Source: an uncultured Gammaproteobacteria bacterium (lineage in GTDB: Bacteria > Pseudomonadota > Gammaproteobacteria > GCA-001735895). From it: DNA of 64,000 nucleotides. The stretch is from positions 7,766-71,765 of the forward strand of contig CAJXUC010000007.1 in assembly GCA_913061315.1 (NCBI GenBank). Direction: 5' to 3'. The notes below the pieces were generated by a model that saw only the letters and a list, made by a program, of their open reading frames with translations, made no database searches and was not told the origin of the DNA. The position numbers and the translations under genes were made by a program. Shown here piece by piece: positions 32,485 to 42,609 of this stretch (position 1 is the first letter of the stretch; each line of letters starts with the position of its first letter).

Positions 32485-33033
32485 TTGGAACAATATAGAG
32501 GTACAACCATTCTATCCGTTAGGCGAGGTAATCGCGTCGTAATCGGTGGTGACGGTCAAGTCAGTATGGGTAACACGGTAATGAAGGGAAATGCCAAGAA
32601 AGTTCGTCGACTCTATAAAGAACAAGTAATTGCTGGTTTTGCTGGTGGTACTGCCGATGCATTTTTGCTATTCGAACTTTTCGAAGGCAAACTCGAAAAA
32701 CATGGTGGTCAAATGATCCGCTCAGCCGTTGAGTTAGCCAAAGAATGGCGATCGAGTAGAACACTGCGACGTTTGGAAGCTTTATTATGTGTTGCAAACC
32801 ATGAAGCCTCTTTAATTATTTCGGGTAATGGCGATGTAATCGAGCCAGAAGATAGCTTGATGGCCATAGGCTCAGGTGGCCCTTACGCACAATCAGCGGC
32901 AAGAGCCATGCTTGATAATACCGAACTCAGTGCGCATGACATTGTTAGCAAAGGTTTACAGATCGCGGGTGACATCTGTATTTACACCAATCAAAACCAT
33001 AGCTTTGAAGAGCTAGACTACAACGAGACCTAA
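32485..33033 (+). CDS. hslV: ATP-dependent protease subunit HslV
   Basis: [38 protein letters not shown]...[15 protein letters not shown]. The ORF begins at a TTG six codons upstream of the catalytic Thr-Thr. Confidence 0.9.
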   Translation: MEQYRGTTILSVRRGNRVVIGGDGQVSMGNTVMKGNAKKVRRLYKEQVIAGFAGGTADAFLLFELFEGKLEKHGGQMIRSAVELAKEWRSSRTLRRLEALLCVANHEASLIISGNGDVIEPEDSLMAIGSGGPYAQSAARAMLDNTELSAHDIVSKGLQIAGDICIYTNQNHSFEELDYNET

Positions 33034-33035
33034 GC

Positions 33036-34388
33036 ATGGACAGCAAATTATTAACTCAGTCTCCAATGACCCCCCGTGAAATTACACAAGAACTAGACAA
33101 ACACATTATTGGCCAGGATAACGCCAAAAGAGCGGTTTCTATTGCACTGCGAAATCGTTGGCGTCGACAGCAGGTGAATGAATCTTTGCGTAACGAAATC
33201 ACTCCCAAAAACATTTTAATGATGGGCCCTACAGGGGTTGGTAAAACCGAAATTGCTCGTCGGCTAGCTCGACTTGCCAATGCCCCCTTCATAAAAGTTG
33301 AAGCCACAAAATTTACCGAAGTCGGTTATGTTGGACGCGATGTGGAATCTATTATTCGTGATCTAGTGGAAGTATCCATTAAAGAAACACGTGAATCAGA
33401 GGTCAATCGAGTTCGCCACTTGGCTGAGGATTCCGCTGAAGAAAAAGTGCTTGATATTCTATTACCCCGTCCTGCTCAGGTTGATGCAGAAGCCACTGAT
33501 GCAACTACTGGTAATACGCGTCAAAAATTTCGCAAAATGTTGCGCGAAGGCAAACTTAACGATAAAGAAATTGAAGTTGATCTTAAGGTACAGTCAGTGG
33601 GAGTAGATATAATGGCTCCCCCAGGCATGGAAGATATGACCAATCAATTACAAGGCCTTTTTCAAAACATGGCCAATCAAAAGACTAAAACTCGCAAACT
33701 AAGAGTTGAAGATGCTTTAAAAATAATCACTGATGAAGAAGCCACAAAAATGATTAATGAGGACGAGTTAAAGCTGACTGCCCTCGAAAATGCTGAACAA
33801 AATGGCATTGTTTTTATTGATGAAATCGACAAAGTGGCTAAGCGTCAAGAATCTTCCAGCGGCGGTGATGTTTCTCGCGAAGGCGTGCAACGAGACTTAC
33901 TCCCATTGGTTGAAGGCTGTACCGTTGTTACTAAGGCAGGGGCGATCAAAACTGACCATATTTTATTTATTGCATCGGGTGCCTTCCACATCTCAAAACC
34001 GAGCGATTTAATTCCCGAATTACAGGGTCGCTTACCCATTCGAGTTGAGTTATCAGCTTTGACGGTCAAAGACTTCGTCCGCATATTACGTGAGCCAGAT
34101 GCATCACTGACCGAACAATATATGGCACTAATGGGAACCGAAGGCGTCACCTTAAAATTTACAGAAAACAGCTTGGAACGCATCGCCGAAGTTGCCTGGC
34201 AAGTAAACGAAAAACAAGAAAATATTGGTGCTAGACGGTTACACACTGTGATGGAGCGTCTACTCGAATCCATTAGTTTCGAAGCTTCAGACATGCCTGA
34301 TCAAACCATTAACATCGATGCTGATTATGTCAATGAACATTTAGGCGAACTTTCACTCGAAGAAGACTTAAGCCAGTACATACTGTAG
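33036..34388 (+). CDS. hslU: ATP-dependent protease ATPase subunit HslU
   Basis: MTPREI...[11 protein letters not shown]; Walker [16 protein letters not shown]; full-length AAA+; an alternative start is at 33066. Confidence 0.9.
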   Translation: MDSKLLTQSPMTPREITQELDKHIIGQDNAKRAVSIALRNRWRRQQVNESLRNEITPKNILMMGPTGVGKTEIARRLARLANAPFIKVEATKFTEVGYVGRDVESIIRDLVEVSIKETRESEVNRVRHLAEDSAEEKVLDILLPRPAQVDAEATDATTGNTRQKFRKMLREGKLNDKEIEVDLKVQSVGVDIMAPPGMEDMTNQLQGLFQNMANQKTKTRKLRVEDALKIITDEEATKMINEDELKLTALENAEQNGIVFIDEIDKVAKRQESSSGGDVSREGVQRDLLPLVEGCTVVTKAGAIKTDHILFIASGAFHISKPSDLIPELQGRLPIRVELSALTVKDFVRILREPDASLTEQYMALMGTEGVTLKFTENSLERIAEVAWQVNEKQENIGARRLHTVMERLLESISFEASDMPDQTINIDADYVNEHLGELSLEEDLSQYIL

Positions 34389-34397
34389 GAATGACAC

Positions 34398-34754
34398 TTG
34401 AAACCAACTGAAATCAATTTCCATAAAATCTCTCGCGTCCTCGAACTCAGTTTTGAAGACGGCTTGAACTTTAAGTTCACGGCCGAATTCCTAAGAGTTC
34501 ACTCGCCTTCAGCTGAAGTGAAAGGGCACGGCCCTGGACAAGAAACACTGCAACTAGGCAAACATGATGTCAATATCGCCAACATAGAACCCATTGGGCA
34601 TTATGCGATAAAAATACACTTTGACGACGGTCATGACACTGGACTTTTTAGCTGGACTTATCTTCATGACTTGGGACAAAACTACGAGACCAAATGGCAG
34701 CAATACCTTGACCTTCTCGATGAAGCAGGGCACAAGCATCCATCACTTTCATAA
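34398..34754 (+). CDS. DUF971-family protein (gamma-butyrobetaine hydroxylase-like N-terminal domain)
   Basis: 118 aa; conserved neighbour of hslVU and ubiE in gammaproteobacteria. Confidence 0.55.
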   Translation: MKPTEINFHKISRVLELSFEDGLNFKFTAEFLRVHSPSAEVKGHGPGQETLQLGKHDVNIANIEPIGHYAIKIHFDDGHDTGLFSWTYLHDLGQNYETKWQQYLDLLDEAGHKHPSLS

Positions 34755-34766
34755 TAATTTTTCACT

Positions 34767-35003
34767 ATGCTTGAAGAACAACATGTAATTAAACTGGCAT
34801 CTATGCCAATGCCCTTCGGCAAATATGCGGGGGAAACACTTATTGATCTGCCCGAGACCTATCTCATCTGGTTTGCCAATAAAGGCTTCCCTGAAGGAGA
34901 GCTGGGCCAATTACTGGGACTATGCTTAGAAATAAAAACGCAGGGCGTTGATGGCGTGGTTCAAGGGCTTAAGCACAGAATCAATAATCAGCAAAAAATC
35001 TAA
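34767..35003 (+). CDS. DUF3820-family small protein
   Basis: PFGKYAGETLIDLPETYLIWF motif; 78 aa. Confidence 0.55.
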   Translation: MLEEQHVIKLASMPMPFGKYAGETLIDLPETYLIWFANKGFPEGELGQLLGLCLEIKTQGVDGVVQGLKHRINNQQKI

Positions 35004-35103
35004 GCCCTAATCTTATGATATAAAGCTGACCGAGCTCCATTTAATTACTGGAAGACCGCTACCGTTGCTGACCATATAGTTCACTTCTGTTATCGTTAGC
35101 ATA

Positions 35104-35892
35104 TTGTTAATTGAACGATTTATTTCGACGACAGATACCGTGCAAAAAGAATCTACTACCCACTTTGGCTTTGACCAAGTTCCAACCAATGAAAAGCAAC
35201 GACGTGTTGCATCAGTTTTTGATTCGGTTGCCAGTAAATACGATTTAATGAATGATGTGCTGTCTTTGGGTACACATCGTTTATGGAAAAAATTCACCCT
35301 TGATCTTTGCGGATTACGCCCAGGGCATCACGTACTTGATCTAGCCGGTGGCACAGGTGACCTGGCACTGAAACAAGCCACTATCGTTGGTGAAAAAGGA
35401 CGGGTATGCCTGGCCGACATTAATGCCGCCATGTTGCAACAAGGTCGTGACCGAGTTATCAATAAAGGCATGGCTGGCATTATCGATACCATCCAATGCA
35501 ATGCTGAGATTCTCCCATTTGAAGATAATAGCTTTGACTGCATCACCATTGCGTTTGGGCTTCGTAATGTGACCGACAAGGCAAAAGCACTGGCCTCAAT
35601 GCGTCGCGTATTAAAACCTGGCGGTCGACTTTGTGTTTTAGAGTTTTCTCGACCTATTTATGAGCCCCTAGAAAAAGTTTATGAGTTTTATTCATTTAAA
35701 ATTTTGCCTCAGCTTGGTGAATGGATAGCCAATGATCGAGCCAGCTATCAATATCTAGCAGAATCGATTCGCATGCACCCAGACCAACAAACACTAAAGA
35801 CGATGATGACTGAAGAAGCCGGTTTTGATGAAGTTAATGTGTACAATTTATCCGGTGGCATTGTTGCATTGCATCGTGGCATTAAGTATTAA
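35104..35892 (+). CDS. ubiE: Ubiquinone/menaquinone biosynthesis C-methyltransferase
   Basis: THFGF...[14 protein letters not shown]...[15 protein letters not shown]-binding motifs. The ORF starts at a TTG; a GTG at 35140 fits the E. coli N-terminus better. Confidence 0.9.
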   Translation: MLIERFISTTDTVQKESTTHFGFDQVPTNEKQRRVASVFDSVASKYDLMNDVLSLGTHRLWKKFTLDLCGLRPGHHVLDLAGGTGDLALKQATIVGEKGRVCLADINAAMLQQGRDRVINKGMAGIIDTIQCNAEILPFEDNSFDCITIAFGLRNVTDKAKALASMRRVLKPGGRLCVLEFSRPIYEPLEKVYEFYSFKILPQLGEWIANDRASYQYLAESIRMHPDQQTLKTMMTEEAGFDEVNVYNLSGGIVALHRGIKY

Positions 35893-35909
35893 TCACTAAT
35901 GCTGTCAAA

Positions 35910-36569
35910 GTGAGATCAACACAAAGACCTGATATGCTTAATCAACTGCCTAACAACCTACTCGCCTTTGCCGAAATTAATGGCAACCGCCTCCTCTCGC
36001 TTGATGATCAAGTCATGTCGCAATGCCAAACCTTACAAGGCAGCTGTATTGAGCTTCATTTAACCGACCTTGATTTCAAACTCTACTGTCACCCGGGTAG
36101 TTGGGGCATGCGCTTTTCTCAGGAAAAGCCAGCAGGTGAAATCGATGCCATTATATCTGGTCGACTGATGGCATTGGTCAACCTGTCCTTACAAGAGGAT
36201 AAAATCAGCACCTCTATTCAAGAACGAGTCAGCATTCAAGGTGATGCCCGAGTCGCTCAAAAAATGCAGAAAATACTCACAGAGTTAGACATAGACTGGG
36301 AAGAAGCTTTATCAAAGTACACCGGTGATGTCATGGCTTACCAAATTCACAAACAAGTACTTGGTGCAAGCGAATGGTTACGCAATAGCGCTCGATCGTT
36401 ATTACAAAACACCAGTGAGTACATTCGAGAAGAACAACTTTTAAGCCCAACTCAAGTTGAATTCGAACGATTCCAAAAACAGACAACAATACTTAAGCAA
36501 GATGTAGAACGCAGTGAAGCGCGCTTGCGCCACTTATTAAAAGCTGCCTCGGATAACAAAACAGCATGA
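35910..36569 (+). CDS. ubiJ: Ubiquinone biosynthesis accessory factor UbiJ (SCP2 domain)
   Basis: SCP2-like core (IQGDARVAQKMQKILTELDIDWEEALSKYTGD) between ubiE and ubiB. Confidence 0.75.
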   Translation: MRSTQRPDMLNQLPNNLLAFAEINGNRLLSLDDQVMSQCQTLQGSCIELHLTDLDFKLYCHPGSWGMRFSQEKPAGEIDAIISGRLMALVNLSLQEDKISTSIQERVSIQGDARVAQKMQKILTELDIDWEEALSKYTGDVMAYQIHKQVLGASEWLRNSARSLLQNTSEYIREEQLLSPTQVEFERFQKQTTILKQDVERSEARLRHLLKAASDNKTA

Positions 36570-38224
36570 AGAATTTTTTTCGCCTCATCGCAATTAACTA
36601 CACGCTTGCACGCTTTGGTTTAGACGAGGTTTTCCTATCCTTTCATTATTTACGATCGGTTAAGATTCTATCTATTATCAACCCCTTTAACTGGTTTAGA
36701 AGTATCAAAACCACTCAGGCAAAGCGTCTGAGGCTGTGCATTGAATCACTCGGTCCAATATTTATTAAATTTGGACAAATGCTTGCAACGCGTCGTGATT
36801 TGTTACCAGAAGACATCATTGTTGAGCTGGAAAAGTTACTCGATCAAGTGCCGCCCTTTCCACTGCCACAAGCCCTCGAAATTATCGAACAACAATTTGG
36901 TATGCCAGTCGAACAGGCCTTTCTGTCTTTTGATGATCAAGTGCTCGCTTCGGCTTCAATTGCACAGGTTTACAAGGCCGAACTTCACGACGGACAAAAA
37001 GTTGTTGTCAAAGTGGTTCGCCCAAATATCGAAAAACGCATTCGTCAGGATACTGAACTACTCATGATGCTGGCAGGATTGGTTGATCGCTACTGGGCTG
37101 AATCGAGCCGGATCAAACCTATGCAAATTGTTGCTGAATTTGAAAAAACACTGATCAATGAACTCGACTTGGTGCGTGAAGCGGCTAATGCCAGTGAACT
37201 ACGACGTAACTTCGAAGGCTCTAATGACCTTTATGTGCCTGAAGTTTACTGGGACTACTGCAAACCTAAAGTACTGGTTATCGAACGCATCGAAGGCATA
37301 CCCGTATCGGACATAAAGCAACTACATGCACATAATGTAGACCTTGAGGTTCTATCGAAAAAGGGCGTCGAAGTGTTTTTTACTCAAGTTTATCGGCACA
37401 ACTATTTTCATGCTGACATGCACCCAGGTAATATTTTTGTATCCACCGAAAACCCAGATGACCCGAAATACATTGCCGTCGATTTTGGGATCATGGGATC
37501 ACTATCAAAACAAGATCAACGCTACCTCGCTGAGAATTTTGTCGCTTTTTTTAATCGGGATTACCGCCGTGTCGCTGAACTCCATGTTGACTCCGGTTGG
37601 GTTGATGCCAACACCCGGATTGATGAATTCGAAGCTGCAATCCGAGCTGTATGCGAACCCATGTTCCAGAGGCCACTGGCAGAGATATCATTCGGCCAAC
37701 TACTCATGCGCCTTTTTCAGACTGCTCGAATGTTTAACATGGAGATACAACCGCAACTGCTGTTGCTACAAAAAACATTTCTGCATATCGAAGGGCTCGG
37801 GCGTCAACTTTATCCTCAACTAGATCTATGGGATACCGCTAAACCTTTCCTCGAACGCTGGTTAGACGAACAGCTAGGTGTTCGTGCAATGGTCAAAGGC
37901 TTTAAGAAAAACCTACCGTACATTGCAGAGAATCTTCCCGAGCTACCACAGCTCGTTTTTAAAACACTGCATAAAATCGCTAATGACGAACTTCAAATCG
38001 AATGGAAGTCAAAGCAACTAGATTCTATCAAAAGTGAGATTCGCCGTGCCAACAAGCGAAACGTTCGCGCTATAATTGGTGGTAGCCTTGTGATAAGCGC
38101 CAGTCTAATAGCTGGATTGGATGGGTTAGCACCCATCATGATCGGTCAAGGTGACTTTATAATGCCATTGATGAGTTGGGTTTTTCTGGTCCCGGGGTTG
38201 TATTTATTGCTCAACAATCGTTAA
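36566..38224 (+). CDS. ubiB: Ubiquinone biosynthesis regulatory kinase-like protein UbiB
   Basis: ABC1/UbiB atypical kinase motifs (ASIAQVYKA, HADMHPGNI, DFG); C-terminal TM segments; 552 aa. Confidence 0.9.
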   Translation: MKNFFRLIAINYTLARFGLDEVFLSFHYLRSVKILSIINPFNWFRSIKTTQAKRLRLCIESLGPIFIKFGQMLATRRDLLPEDIIVELEKLLDQVPPFPLPQALEIIEQQFGMPVEQAFLSFDDQVLASASIAQVYKAELHDGQKVVVKVVRPNIEKRIRQDTELLMMLAGLVDRYWAESSRIKPMQIVAEFEKTLINELDLVREAANASELRRNFEGSNDLYVPEVYWDYCKPKVLVIERIEGIPVSDIKQLHAHNVDLEVLSKKGVEVFFTQVYRHNYFHADMHPGNIFVSTENPDDPKYIAVDFGIMGSLSKQDQRYLAENFVAFFNRDYRRVAELHVDSGWVDANTRIDEFEAAIRAVCEPMFQRPLAEISFGQLLMRLFQTARMFNMEIQPQLLLLQKTFLHIEGLGRQLYPQLDLWDTAKPFLERWLDEQLGVRAMVKGFKKNLPYIAENLPELPQLVFKTLHKIANDELQIEWKSKQLDSIKSEIRRANKRNVRAIIGGSLVISASLIAGLDGLAPIMIGQGDFIMPLMSWVFLVPGLYLLLNNR

Positions 38225-38286
38225 GTGTGGATTCTGGCGTTCAAAATATTAAATATCGATAACAACATTAGCCTTCCTATTGAACC

Positions 38287-40803
38287 CTAACGGATGATCA
38301 CTGGTTTTGGCACTAATATCTCATTAACAAAGGAGAGCCATTCTTTATTTGCTTTATAACCTTTTATCCACGCAGATATATCCTCAGCAGGCATGGGGCG
38401 TGCTATTCCATATCCCTGAGCCTGTTCACAGCCCATTTTCAGTAACATTAAGCCATGTCTGGTAGATTCGACACCTTCAGCAATCACTTTCCGATTAAAT
38501 GCATTTGCTAATCCTATCACTCCGTTAGTAATGGCATAGTCATTTGGATCACTCAGCATATTCAATACAAAGCTTTTATCTATTTTAATGACATTGGCTG
38601 AGAGGTTTCTCAGATGAATCAGTGAGGAGTACCCGGTTCCAAAATCATCTAATGCAATCGAAACACCATAGTTATTCTGACAAGTTTTGATAATAGTACT
38701 GATCGCATTTAAATCACTTAAAGCACTACTTTCTAGTATCTCCAATTGTAAATAGTTAGATTGAAAAGCAGGATAGCGTGCAAGAGCCTTGTCAAATTCT
38801 GCTATAAAAGTAGGAGACATCAGATGTTGAGAGGAAATATTAACACTTACTTCCAGCTTAATACCCTGCTTATGCCAGCTATCCAGTTGTTTTAGCCCCT
38901 GATTAATAACCCACCGACCTATTTGAATTTCTAACTGAGTACCGTCGATCAACGGTAAAAAGTCTATTGGTAGAATGAGACCTTTTTCAGGATGGCGCCA
39001 GCGCAACAAGGCTTCAACTCCATATACCTTTCCGGTACGCATGTTTGCCTTGGGTTGATAATATAAGACTAGCTCATTGTTGGTTAAAGCTTGCTGTATT
39101 TCATCTAACCTGTGTTTTTTTTCTTTTAACTCATAATTTTGTTCTGCATTAAAAACGTGAAATTGATTTTTACCTAATGATTTAGCTTGATACATGGCGT
39201 GATCAGCGTGACGTAACAGAGCACCAAAATCACTATCATCAAATGGATATATGGTCACACCAATCGATGCGCTAATTTCAATCTTATTACCATTAATCAC
39301 ATAACTTTGAGCTAATTCATAATTAATACGGTTCAATATTTGTTCATACTGAGCCGTTGATGTAATGTTACCAAGTAATAACGCAAATTCATCACCTCCT
39401 TGGCGTGACGCTGTATCACTGCCTTTAAGAGAAGCCGTAATTCGCTTTGCTACTTCGATTAGTAGTTGATCGCCAACGTCATGACCATAGATGTCATTAA
39501 CTGGTTTGAAGTCATCCAGATCAAGAAAGCATATTGCTAGCTGGGTTTTAGTGCGTTGACTATGGGCAATCATTTGAGCAAAGCGATCAGCAAATAACTT
39601 ACGATTTGGTAAGTTGGTTAACACATCATAATGGGCCATTAGTTCCAGCTTTTTGCGTTGTTGCTTTATTTCAGTAATATCGGAAAATGAACAAACGTAA
39701 TGTGTCGTAATGTTTGCATCGTCTTTTAAAGCCGAAATAATCAAGTTTCCTGCAAACAAATCGCCATTTTTTTTGCGATTCCATACCTCACCTCGCCACT
39801 TACCTTGCTCAATAATAGCCTGCCACATTGCAGTAGAGAATTGAGCACTTTTTTCGGATGAGTGGAGCATGCGGGGATTGTTACCTAGCGCATCTTCATA
39901 ACTATACCCAGTGATTTCAGTGAAATTTGGATTAACGTCAACAATAGTGCCTGCAGCATCGGTAATCATAATACCTTCGTGCGCTTGTTTAAAAACTCGA
40001 GCCGACACTTGTGATTTTTCTTCATCCTCTTTGCGCTGACTAATATCTCTAAAGCTGCTGCGAAAACCGAGGGCTTTGCCGCAATCATTTTTTATCGTCT
40101 GCCATGAGCCCGCCATCCAAGCTAACCGGCCATCTTTTCGAATGATACGAAACGAAATATCATTTTCTGAGGCACCAATTGCCGCTAAATTTAATTTTTT
40201 AGCCATGACGTCGCGATCATCGGGGTGAATCATTTGGAGTGGATAGTCATCCATAGCATAACAATCTTGTACCGTATAACCGCTCAAATGCTCGACCGCT
40301 GGGTTAACCCAGTTTAAGATATTTTTTGTGCTGAGCCAGCTTTCCCAGTCATAAGTAAAATCAGCAATCGCGCGAAATCGCTGTTCGCTGTCTTGCAAAG
40401 CTTTATGAAGTTTCTTTTTTTCAAGACGGAGCGATGCATCTGCCAACGATCGCTCAATGACATAACTTAAACGAGTCATATCATCTTTCATTACATAATC
40501 ATGGCAACCAGCTTTCATTATTCTTACCAAAGTGTCAGCTGTGAGCTGACTCGCAACAACAATAAAAGGCAAGTCAACCTCACTCTCCTGCAGTAATTGC
40601 AAGGCCGCTTCCGCACCAAAGCCTGATAACAAATAATCGCAAAGAACGATGTCCCATTGTTTATTCAATTGACCTGATTTCATGGCATTCAGGGCGGTAC
40701 GCATTGCATCTGCAGTCTCTACTCGTTCATAAGTTGTTTCATTTGAGTTTGCACGGATGTGCTCGATCTGCAGTAAGGCATCGTCTTTAGAATTTTCGAC
40801 CAT
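38287..40803 (-). CDS. Signalling protein REC-PAS-PAS-GGDEF-EAL
   Basis: Receiver with the phospho-Asp context DIVLCDYLLSG. Intact GGDEF (RQGGDEFALLL). Intact EAL (EALLRW, DDFGTGYSSL). 838 aa from the ATG. Confidence 0.85.
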   Translation of the reverse strand: MVENSKDDALLQIEHIRANSNETTYERVETADAMRTALNAMKSGQLNKQWDIVLCDYLLSGFGAEAALQLLQESEVDLPFIVVASQLTADTLVRIMKAGCHDYVMKDDMTRLSYVIERSLADASLRLEKKKLHKALQDSEQRFRAIADFTYDWESWLSTKNILNWVNPAVEHLSGYTVQDCYAMDDYPLQMIHPDDRDVMAKKLNLAAIGASENDISFRIIRKDGRLAWMAGSWQTIKNDCGKALGFRSSFRDISQRKEDEEKSQVSARVFKQAHEGIMITDAAGTIVDVNPNFTEITGYSYEDALGNNPRMLHSSEKSAQFSTAMWQAIIEQGKWRGEVWNRKKNGDLFAGNLIISALKDDANITTHYVCSFSDITEIKQQRKKLELMAHYDVLTNLPNRKLFADRFAQMIAHSQRTKTQLAICFLDLDDFKPVNDIYGHDVGDQLLIEVAKRITASLKGSDTASRQGGDEFALLLGNITSTAQYEQILNRINYELAQSYVINGNKIEISASIGVTIYPFDDSDFGALLRHADHAMYQAKSLGKNQFHVFNAEQNYELKEKKHRLDEIQQALTNNELVLYYQPKANMRTGKVYGVEALLRWRHPEKGLILPIDFLPLIDGTQLEIQIGRWVINQGLKQLDSWHKQGIKLEVSVNISSQHLMSPTFIAEFDKALARYPAFQSNYLQLEILESSALSDLNAISTIIKTCQNNYGVSIALDDFGTGYSSLIHLRNLSANVIKIDKSFVLNMLSDPNDYAITNGVIGLANAFNRKVIAEGVESTRHGLMLLKMGCEQAQGYGIARPMPAEDISAWIKGYKANKEWLSFVNEILVPKPVIIR

Positions 40804-41379
40804 TAGAATATGAATTGAATTTTCTCCTTAGCCTTATACTATTATTTCTTTTACGGTTCAGGACGAACCAACAACCAGTAGAGTCCGAGCTGCGGCATAG
40901 CCAAGTCAACAGAGTCGAATAGATTGACCCAATGAAACCGCTAGAAAGACAGGGATAATTAAATCATGTGTAACATATAAAAACTGGAACCATTGTCACG
41001 TAAAAGATAAGTGATAATCACTTCATGATCTTGAGTATAGACCTTGTTTATTTATATGCTTAATTTTGCATCATACGCAAACCTTACCATTAGGGTTAAT
41101 AATGACAATTCATGTAGGATAAAAACTACTTTTTATCCTGCTGATAGACGTTAACTTAAGAAAACCTATACCCGTTGACAGCATAATTATGTAACAGCTC
41201 TATTCAACACAATCTTATCAAATGGGCCTAAAGAAGAAACTCTTCTTTATAATTAGTAAGAAGTTTTTCGCGTTGGAATTATTAAACTCAACTCCTAACA
41301 TTTTATTAAATTATAAATATTACCCTTAGGATCATTTTTTAAAAAAGCCCATTTAAGCCGACCTAATAAAGACCAATCG

Positions 41380-42510
41380 TTAATTCATTATTCCGTCCCA
41401 GCAAACATGCAACGCATCAAGACAACTTGACGATAGTTTGATGCAACGCTCTGGACTCCAGCCTTGCATTTTGTCTGGCGTATCAGCCGCATCTTTAAAC
41501 GGCATTTCGAGCGTCATAACAGTACTATTAAAGCGTTCAGCTAGTGAGTTGGAGCAGTAACTCATATTCGCATTACCCGGTGAATTAGCGGGATAACCAT
41601 TCTGTGTTTGAAAGTCAGGATTGATATTTGCTAAGGTATTTTTGTATAGATCGAGCTTTTTCTGACGAATTTTACTCCAACTCGGGATGCCTTCAGTTCC
41701 TGCTAGAAAGTTATAAGGCAGTGCTTCGTCACCATGGACATCGAGTGCAAAGTCAAGGCCAGTCTCTTTCATTTTCTGTAACACTAGAAACACTTCTGGA
41801 CTATTTTGCATGCTGGGCTGATGCCATTCCCGATTCAAATTCACACCTGCCGCGTTAGTCCGTAGATGCCCACGCCGGCTGCCATCAGGATTCATGTTCG
41901 GCACTAGGTAAATTACAGATTTTTGTAAAATAGATCGAACAATAGGATCAGTATCGTCAACCAGTCGATTGATTAGGCCTTCCATCCACCATTCAGCCAT
42001 GGTTTCACCCGGATGCTGTCGCGCAATCATCCAGATCGTTTTTTTGTGATCAGCAGGCTCACCAAATCGCAAGCAATCGATTGCTTGGCCATCTAACGAG
42101 GTACCTAGCGTCTGGACTTCACATGACTCGCTGGTTTGAGCAAACGCAATTAAATCAGCATGGCGCTCCATAGAATAAGGTGCAAAGTAGGCAAAATAGA
42201 CCTGGTCACATACGCTATTATGCTCGATAACCAACTCGCTATTTTCATAACGTGTATTGACTCGAAACCAGTATTCTCGATCATACGACGCAACTGCCTG
42301 ATAGTTAAGCCACCCACCAGTATAGGCAGCCCCTCCAGCATTATTAATTACATACCGACAATCAATGTCTTTCACATTTGATGCCTTAAAATGAAACCAT
42401 TGATAAAATTCAGACTGATTATCAGCCTTGATATGAAGCTGAATATTGCTTGCGTCACTTTGTGATGTACACTTGATGTTGCCACTATCAAACTGGCTTG
42501 AAATAATCAT
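41380..42510 (-). CDS. M14-family zinc carboxypeptidase, CCP-like (M14D) with N-terminal beta-sandwich domain
   Basis: HPGE zinc motif (ARQHPGETMAEW); NPDGS...R; NLNREW; DVHGDE; 376 aa. Confidence 0.75.
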   Translation of the reverse strand: MIISSQFDSGNIKCTSQSDASNIQLHIKADNQSEFYQWFHFKASNVKDIDCRYVINNAGGAAYTGGWLNYQAVASYDREYWFRVNTRYENSELVIEHNSVCDQVYFAYFAPYSMERHADLIAFAQTSESCEVQTLGTSLDGQAIDCLRFGEPADHKKTIWMIARQHPGETMAEWWMEGLINRLVDDTDPIVRSILQKSVIYLVPNMNPDGSRRGHLRTNAAGVNLNREWHQPSMQNSPEVFLVLQKMKETGLDFALDVHGDEALPYNFLAGTEGIPSWSKIRQKKLDLYKNTLANINPDFQTQNGYPANSPGNANMSYCSNSLAERFNSTVMTLEMPFKDAADTPDKMQGWSPERCIKLSSSCLDALHVCWDGIMN

Positions 42511-42609
42511 ATTTTTTACCTAAATTAGAATTTGAAGTTTTACTTTCGAATTCCTTTGAAAACACGAGAATACTGTTTGTTATCAGAAAATGAAACTCAA
42601 AATTGGCCC

